Shown: positions 56,623 through 64,000 of the stretch, piece after piece
Position numbering within the stretch: position 1 is the stretch's first letter
Layout of the letters: each line of letters opens with the position of its first letter
Source of the DNA: Schizochytrium sp. TIO01
Lineage: Eukaryota > Protista > Bigyra: Labyrinthulomycetes
DNA length: 64,000 nucleotides
NCBI GenBank assembly: GCA_004764695.1
Contig: SMSO01000032.1
Coordinates: 3,814,483-3,878,482, forward strand
Direction of reading: 5' to 3'
The notes under the pieces: model-generated
Told to the model about the DNA's origin: nothing
Seen by the model: the letters and a program-made list of their open reading frames with translations, nothing else
Database searches by the model: none
Position numbers and translations under genes: made by a program

Positions 56623-59600
56623 AAAATTATGAATTCATTTTGTTCTCTAGTATCAAGTGATTACTCCGTATCATCACTATTCACTGTATATATAAATCAT
56701 GCAAATAAATAGATAGATAAATGAATACGTAAATGAATCATCAGAACAGTGAGAACAAGGAGGCCGCTACCCACTCCCACGCAACATCCACGCACTCTCA
56801 CTACGACAAGTCAGAGGCCCAACTTCAATTAAAAGACAAAAAAGCAAAAAAACAAAAGAAATAAAGAAATAAAAATCTTGTAGCAACTTCGGCAAAACCT
56901 CAAGTCAAGCAATCGCTCGTTACCCCTGGTAGAAGGTATCGCCATATTTCGCCGACGCCCGCTGTCCCACGCCCTCCAACATGGCAACCGGGGAAATGCG
57001 GGGAAATACCCTGCCACCTCTACTTTTCCTCGTGCAGCTAGAGTGCCAGGCAGGCACCAACGGTAGAGCGAACTTGACGTCATGCAAATCATCAGAAGCA
57101 TCAGCGACTCATGAGTCGCCTGTCATGGTCTCTCCATGCACGGATGCAGCTCTGCGAGAGCGCCACCCTCTCCAGCCAAGGCAGACCTTTCATTGTCGCG
57201 CCACAGATTGGCAGTGAGTGCAATTGCAATTCGCTTCCCACAGATCAAGAGTCACAGAGTCACCACTTTTTGCAGTGCATTATCATTAATTACGATTCAG
57301 CTATTGCGATTCTTTCTTTCAATCGCGATGCGTATTGGAAATCCGAGTAGGCAGGGCGCGGGGACCATAAAGCTGCTGGGTTGCATCTAGAGCCCCGCTT
57401 TTGCCAGCGCTAGCTAGCAAGCTGGGCTCCAAAGCGAACTCACTTTTGGCTTGACCGAAAGACGTTCAGGAATTTGGCATTTGACAAGTTCGGTTTTCCT
57501 AAAGTATGATTGTGTTCTTTTATGATCAGGAACACTTTTGGAAATGCGAACGCGACTTGAGTTTCCTTTTTTTCCTTTTTCTTTCAAGTTAATTTCTGTT
57601 TAAAATTAATTAATTAATTATAAACAAGAACGAGAAACGCAAAACTAAGCCTCCATATTAGCTCACAATCAACTCAGTTTTGTATGACTACTTGAGAGTA
57701 TTGACTACAGAGACAATACGCATTCACGTGTGGCTTGTCCGGAGGCCTTGCTAAGGGATACCTAAAGTTATCTACTCTACTCCGAATGAGAATCTATACG
57801 TAATTTATAGCAAAATCAATCAACATGGCTGTCACTGTCAAGACTATGTCGCCTTAACATTTGGCAATTCGCACCATTTTATCACATCGAGTTGCTGATG
57901 TTTGTGCAGCAGAATTCGATATCCATGAGCTCTCTCTATGCGACTCCCTTGGGTCTTGCCATGTTTCCCTCATTCTGTGCCGCTCTCTTGATAGGTCCTT
58001 GACAAAACATGACTTATAGGCCTTGGTTGACGATGGATGAATGAATCTATGGATGACTTCAAAGCAATTGAATTAATTTATAGGCTCTGAATGAGATGCG
58101 TGGTCGTATATTCGGGACTGGGTGAGTGGGTGGACGACCACGATGAACTAATTGGCTAACTCAGCATATCTATCTTTAAGTTCAAACTCAGTGAGGTGCC
58201 CAGAAATCTTGAACTTAATGTTCATCAAACCAAACTTCGTTCAACTCAGAAGTGTACATCAACCACGCACCATTCACTCTTGATCTCACCTATTATCATC
58301 CCACGCAACCGTGAAACTGCAATTGGAGCTTCCTGAGTTGAGTAAGGCCTCTCAAGCATTTCAACAGCTACAGCTAGCAAGCTCTTTGCGTTTGCAGCGC
58401 CTTGAACTCACTGGAATTATGGAACTCCACGTACCTGGGTTTAGCCAAGTGCTGATGAGCTGCGAGGGAATGTTGAGATTAGGTTTGGTCAACCTGAGTT
58501 GTTGGTATGTAGCATATCGTCTATTCTATTAGACCCGACTACTACGAGTTAGTGTTGACAACGTATAGGAGCAAAGTACTTTTTTAAAGAGTACCTCTGC
58601 AAGCTAACAAAATGATAGGTAGACAGACTTTAAAGGCAACCTTTCACTTGGAAAGGACCTTGACATTAAAGTTCTTTAACCTACAAGCGTGTTCGTAATG
58701 GCGACAGGTAATCCGTCCAGAAATCTGAGCATTGCGTGGTTTAGAGGGTGATTTTGGAGCCTACTGAAATTTATGGCTCTCCATGCGTAAAAATCTTGAT
58801 TAATTGCGAGCAATTGCAAAGGAGCATTCAGCGATCTCTCTGCTGCAGTTGCAGAACCAAAATAGGTGATACCTACATTTACGTAGTAATGGTAGCAGGT
58901 AGATTAATGATTTAGAGCATTATCAAGAATATTTAGGGGGCTTTTCAGTAGAACGCAGGAGGGCAACCAAGTTGAAGTCGTGTGTTTCATCTTAATCTTT
59001 TCATCATGCCCAGTACAAGTTTTAGGATCGAGTCGACTAAGATCTCACTTGGAGGGGCCCAAGTCCATGATTTAAACAATATGATTAGGTTGATCAGGCT
59101 CCTCATAGACTCAAAGTTGCTGATTGCATGAGAACAAGGTGGATAGATGGTAGGAGAACAGTTGAGTACCCGCTGCAGAACGTTTCGCTGCTGTTTGGGA
59201 TCTGACAGCGAACACAACAACCTTGAAGAATAGACCATCTTCATCTATAAGATGTCCATGACTGGAATAAGTTAAACTTGAAGTTGATGTAATTGACGTG
59301 CTCAACGTTGTTGTGAGTTCTGTAAGCAGCCTGTTATCACGAAACTCACAGAAACTCATCTTTTCGTGAAAACGAGCCCTCAATTTGGTTCTCGTTGGGC
59401 CCTGAAACTACAGTGATCGCTACTTCTAACCGTGACGGGTACCCAAATGGTGTCTAGCATAATTTGTTTGGATATAACGGTAGTACCTAGGCTCCTTGAG
59501 CAGAACCCATCCCTTCTGATGAAGACACAATGAAGATAGCAATGAGAGTTATAGTTCGTAGTAGTGCTTCGAAATAGAGAAGAAAAAGTTCTTTTCTATA

Positions 59601-59846
59601 TAGCGCATAGTAAAACCTCCTTTATGTTATCTCCCAATGAGCAATCTGAAAGTTTTATAAAATGTTGAAAAGTGCCTGCAGAAACTCAACACAGAACGAG
59701 ACCAGTTCCGTGGCAAATTTGTAAAGCTTCGAGAGCCTCAGCAAACCTTGCAGGCTGCAGGACAGTGGGGGCTAGACGTATTGTCTGCGTAAAGCCCTGA
59801 GTCTCGGGACACACTTCGTGTCCACGCTGCTGTCACTGATTCGCAA

Positions 59847-61385
59847 ATGGGCGACCAGCACAAAGCGGGAACGACGGAACAGACACCACTCCGAGTCTTG
59901 GTGTGTCTGTACTCGGAGTTTGAATACAACTACGATCTTCTGTTTGACTCACCCCCCAAATCCCCAAAAGGTTCACCATGCCTTCTCCAAAAGTACTGGG
60001 TATTGAGCAAGCGTGTTTTGCAAAGCCAAGGCGAAGACTTTGACGATACTGACTTCTCAATGTGCGTGTGCGCACTTTTAGACGACTCCAGTACGATTTC
60101 GTCAGAAAAAGGAATTGACGCACTCTATGTCACAAGTGAAATTCCTTCAGTGTTTGATGTTCGTGACAGGGGGCGAAAAACGCTGACTACAAAGGAATTG
60201 GATAGCGTTGAAATCCTGATTTTTATGAGTGTGAACGAAATTCCGTCCAGTATAAGTCAATCTCTATTCTCTCTTCTTCCTAAACTTAGATCTCTAGAAC
60301 ACCTCTTTCTGCAAGCAGAGGATACCTATCTACTCGCCGAGGAGCTAATGATTGCAGTTGCGATGGAACAGAAAAGCCGTCACCTTGGGGGGTCTGGTAA
60401 TTCACGCAAGGGCGAGAGAGCACCCTTGAATATCTTTTGTTGGCATACCGCATTATACAGTATCCGCCGCACAATTGAATATGACTTCATGGCATATTAC
60501 CTTGAACAGCTTGCAATAGAGAAGGAATCCTCCCATTGTAATGCTGTGGCAAATGATTCTCCATCAATGGAAAGCGACATATTTGCCAAGGCAAAAGCTG
60601 AGTTTCCGGATCAAATAAGAGAGTTCTGCAGCGCAGATCAAGCCGGAAAGTTTATGCGACGATTAACTTTTCAAAAGCCCAGTCGCGGATATGGAGCTCA
60701 TTCAAGCAAACAACGCAGTAAGAACGTAGAAAAGTCTGTGATTGAACTTGGAATACCCGCGTTGCTCACTCGAGAAAGGAATGATCTGGGTTTAATTCAG
60801 GGCATTGTTTCTGCCAAACTCTCTTTGCACGTTGAGCTGTACAGAAATGGTTTCTTTCAGGCTGCTTCTGACTTGTATGAGCATCTGGACAACTTTGAGG
60901 CCAAATTTGAATCTGCATTCAACAATGGGCGTGCCGAAATTCTTCGCATTTGGTCAGCCTACCTTATTGGCCAGGTTCTTGGCTGGACATACCATGCACA
61001 TTTTTTCCTGAAGAGACTACTTGGTATTGACAGGATGCATTTTTTCTGCACACCGTTATTTAGGAATAAATTTCTCGAGCTTCTTTGTGTTGATGACTTT
61101 GGTTTCATTGGTGCAGCTATGACAGACGCTCGTGAGTTGCCGCCTCATGTTTTGACATGGATGAATTTCCGAGGTTTGGTCCGACGCGGCAACAACAATG
61201 AAAAAATGAACTGCCAACGAGAAAGAGAAGGGTCTGAAGATGAAGTTGTGAATAGTGATGCTCTTGTGAATGCATTATTTGCTTTACATGACCGCATGGT
61301 CGAACACGAGACCTACGAAGAAATCAAGGAGCTCTTGTTCGAACACGTGGTCGATCGCCAACACAAACTTAAGTATGAGCGCTAG
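59847..61385 (+). CDS. Uncharacterised 512-aa protein; C-terminal ~200 aa resembles cullin N-terminal repeats
   Basis: Long single-exon ORF with start context gcaaATGg. LSLHVELYRNG...LY, LFRNKF, QREREG.E.V....L and TYEE compare with CUL3 LSFEELYRNAY...LY, IFR, RERKGEVVD and YEE. Confidence 0.6.
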   Translation: MGDQHKAGTTEQTPLRVLVCLYSEFEYNYDLLFDSPPKSPKGSPCLLQKYWVLSKRVLQSQGEDFDDTDFSMCVCALLDDSSTISSEKGIDALYVTSEIPSVFDVRDRGRKTLTTKELDSVEILIFMSVNEIPSSISQSLFSLLPKLRSLEHLFLQAEDTYLLAEELMIAVAMEQKSRHLGGSGNSRKGERAPLNIFCWHTALYSIRRTIEYDFMAYYLEQLAIEKESSHCNAVANDSPSMESDIFAKAKAEFPDQIREFCSADQAGKFMRRLTFQKPSRGYGAHSSKQRSKNVEKSVIELGIPALLTRERNDLGLIQGIVSAKLSLHVELYRNGFFQAASDLYEHLDNFEAKFESAFNNGRAEILRIWSAYLIGQVLGWTYHAHFFLKRLLGIDRMHFFCTPLFRNKFLELLCVDDFGFIGAAMTDARELPPHVLTWMNFRGLVRRGNNNEKMNCQREREGSEDEVVNSDALVNALFALHDRMVEHETYEEIKELLFEHVVDRQHKLKYER

Positions 61386-62196
61386 TACATTCTGTTTCGA
61401 ATTTGGGTTTTCTCCCTCCATCATTACGGAAACAGATGGATAGCATGTGTATTTCATCAAAGGCAAATTTAGAATCGACTTTCTCATCCCACCTACTACT
61501 TACCTGATGTTTAATTAATTGAAACCTTTGGCAAATTTAATTACATAACGAAACAGAACCTTTTCTTCAAATTCGTTTTCCATTCCCCATTGATCTTCAT
61601 ACTCAGGTGTCCTCACTTGGTTAATATGCCAGTGTGCACGATTTGCAATTAGACCTCATTGACTTGTTTCCATCACCACGGTCGAATACTGGTACCAGGG
61701 AAACACACACCTTTAAAATTGTTTTCAACCTTCAAAAGAAGTAGGTAGATGATACCTCTGAGAGTGACTAAGGCAAGTGATTGCTCACCCTCGCTCACCG
61801 ACGATTCTTTTGTTTTTCCTTTTGTGAGCCCCTCGCATGGATAGGAAAACATCGAGGCACACGGTCAGGGTGCGAACAGTAATGCAAAACTAAATGACTC
61901 GTTGATCATGCCACCATGAGGTTCATCAAGGGACTTATCCCTCTTAGAACGACTTTTGGAAAGAAAAAATGATAACAAAAAGAGGAAATCCGGATGAATG
62001 AATAAAAATCTGATTTTATTTTTAATTCAAAAAGAGAAAAAAGAAAAAACGATATGATCGATCCTACATCATTTGACGATCACTGAAAATCATGATAGAT
62101 TGTAAAAAATAAAATTAAAAAATCGTAATGAACTTGCTTGATGCAAAAGCAGCAGTTGTGGCCGAGACGTCAATCTTGAACCAACAAAAACGCAAG

Positions 62197-63645
62197 ATGA
62201 AGTCCCCGAGACGGGAGGGCGCACGTTGCGCTGCAGTGCTCGTGTGGATCATTGCTCTTCTCATCGGGGAGATTGGTGTGTTCTGGAGGGCCGGTCAGTG
62301 TCAGAAGGGACTAAGTTCTCCTTCAGGGCTCAGTCACGATGACAACGGGAACCGGGCCGTGGTTGCCGTCATTGCAGATCCGCAGCTGACAGACTCCTCA
62401 AGCTATGGCCAGCGGCCTGGATCTCTTGGTTTATGGCTCACAGAGTTCTACAGCGATTTGTTCATGCGCCGAGCCTTTCGATCTCTTATGCGTTTACACG
62501 AACCAAATAAGGTCGTATTTCTCGGGGATCTATTTGATGGTGGACGAACTGCAGATGACTATTCGTATATTGAGCTTGTGGAGCGCTTCCAGAGTATCTT
62601 TGGCAGCGACTGGAGGAAGTTCCTTTTCATGGCTGGTAATCATGATGTAGGGTTAGGGAGATATTTCTCTTCGCAGGCAGAAAAGCACTTTCGCGATATC
62701 TTTGGTCAAAGATCACACGCCCAGGGCCTTTGTAAAAAACACCTTGTCATGATCGACTCTCCTTCTTTAGTTAATGCTGCGCATCAGAATCGTGATGACA
62801 CAGTGGCTTTACGAGAAGCAATGTCTACGATTCAACAAATTCCAGAAGGCTCAGACACTATTTTATTCTCACATATTCCACTTTGGCGTGAACCTGGGGT
62901 TTCGTGTGATTCGAGTATGCCTCGCCAAAAGCAACAGCTGCAGCAAGGTTTTGGCCCGTCTTATCAGAATTTATTAAATGCACAATACACATCGATGCTC
63001 CTTTTACACACTCAAGCAGGTATGATTTTCTCCGGCGATGATCATGATTTTTGCGTAGTTAATCACGACGTCCCTGGAAGAAACAATGCCAAAACTGCGA
63101 GAGAATTTACTGTTGCCTCATTTAGCTGGCTGCAGGGTGTTCGCCACCCAGGGTATGCGCTTCTTAGCATATCAGGATGTAAAGCTCCTGCTGGGCAGCA
63201 GTCGGTAGAAGTCGATCTTTGTTCTCTGCATGATCAACTGCACGTGTATTTCCATTATGTGGTTCTTGCAGCTGCAACTATCATTGTGTTGGGCTGTGAC
63301 AGCCTGATGATGCGTTCCAAAGTGATGAGAGATGGCTCGAAAGCACATAAAGATGGAGATTTAATGACAGGTACACCGGAGGGCGTGACTTCCCCTGTTT
63401 CTGAAGCGAAGTCCACCTCAAAAAATACACTACGAGCTCGAATGTCGCATTCACAATTGCTTGCCGCTGTGGAAGCTGGAGATCACACGATGACGGACAC
63501 GGAGCAGACATTTTTAAATGGGGATACAAATCAGACATCCTTGCCAACTCGTGAGGTATCTGGGTTTTGGCATTTCCTTTCGAATGTTCGATTTGTTGCT
63601 TGCTGGGGTTTATCCGTGTATATTGTGTTGCTCTTCCTGTTTTGA
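62197..63645 (+). CDS. Metallophosphoesterase, MPPE1/PGAP5/Cdc1-like (GPI remodelling)
   Basis: N-terminal TM, ADPQL, D.FMRR, LGDLFDGG, GNHDVG, SHIPL, SGDDHD.C, two C-terminal TMs. ATG 62197 has the gcaagATG context; upstream in-frame ATG 62128 is an alternative start. Confidence 0.88.
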   Translation: MKSPRREGARCAAVLVWIIALLIGEIGVFWRAGQCQKGLSSPSGLSHDDNGNRAVVAVIADPQLTDSSSYGQRPGSLGLWLTEFYSDLFMRRAFRSLMRLHEPNKVVFLGDLFDGGRTADDYSYIELVERFQSIFGSDWRKFLFMAGNHDVGLGRYFSSQAEKHFRDIFGQRSHAQGLCKKHLVMIDSPSLVNAAHQNRDDTVALREAMSTIQQIPEGSDTILFSHIPLWREPGVSCDSSMPRQKQQLQQGFGPSYQNLLNAQYTSMLLLHTQAGMIFSGDDHDFCVVNHDVPGRNNAKTAREFTVASFSWLQGVRHPGYALLSISGCKAPAGQQSVEVDLCSLHDQLHVYFHYVVLAAATIIVLGCDSLMMRSKVMRDGSKAHKDGDLMTGTPEGVTSPVSEAKSTSKNTLRARMSHSQLLAAVEAGDHTMTDTEQTFLNGDTNQTSLPTREVSGFWHFLSNVRFVACWGLSVYIVLLFLF

Positions 63646-64000
63646 TTTGATTGGAAATGCAAACCATGCATAAATCAGCTATTTTGATTTCCCGTTTGAT
63701 GTTCCTCTTCACTAAATGAACTGTTTGCAGGTACTGTTAAAATACTAAGAAAAAAAATGAGGTGGAGTTGGTGTTGTCTGCGACCTCTTAACCATTAAAA
63801 AGACCCACTGATGTGATTTAGATGGTGTTTAACTCAGTGCATAAACTAATGGAGTAAGCTGCTCTCATCGAGCTTAATCTTTCGAACCAACTCCAGATTT
63901 TAAAATAGCAAAGGTTTATATGAAATTCAAAAGACAATTAAGAAAATATATACACAACCAAAACAGAAAGCCTCACATACTTTTATCATTACTTGTTATA

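Noticed and set aside
58987-59383. Fragments faintly like a gypsy integrase zinc-binding region (DEDGLFFK, W.W)
   Set aside because: The HHCC residues are absent and the similarity is too weak.
61494-61510. ACTTACCTG, the U1 snRNA 5' motif
   Set aside because: No U1 stem-loops or Sm site follow.

Overview
Gene-dense eukaryotic nuclear DNA with few introns, most consistent with a stramenopile protist, probably a thraustochytrid/labyrinthulomycete (inferred from gene content, GT-AG introns and a recurring CAA(A/G)ATGG start context; not database-checked). I support 18 protein-coding genes. Housekeeping genes are RTEL1, proteasome beta-7/PSMB4, CCDC25/Jlp2 (3 exons), SAR1 (5 exons), CCA-adding enzyme, SDHAF4, UTP15, an ERGIC-53-like lectin (2 exons) and an MPPE1/PGAP5/Cdc1-like phosphoesterase; spliced genes were reconstructed by hand. 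Unusual architectures include: a myristoylated class I heme peroxidase with two SH3-like domains inserted inside the catalytic domain; an IFT144/WDR19 N-terminal propeller ending in a membrane anchor; a type II membrane TTL-like ATP-grasp protein with RanBP2 finger and PAN domain, close to a GT60 GlcNAc-transferase with an acidic tail; an MLO-like protein; a secreted AA15-like LPMO with two Cys-rich modules; an IMP1-like acylated protein; and an orphan ending in a cullin N-terminal-like fragment. The CCA gene has an AUG-less in-frame presequence-like extension, suggesting UUG initiation of a mitochondrial isoform. I found no rRNA, tRNA, CRISPR or intact mobile element, only weak retroelement-like relics. 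All family assignments are from motif recognition by eye.
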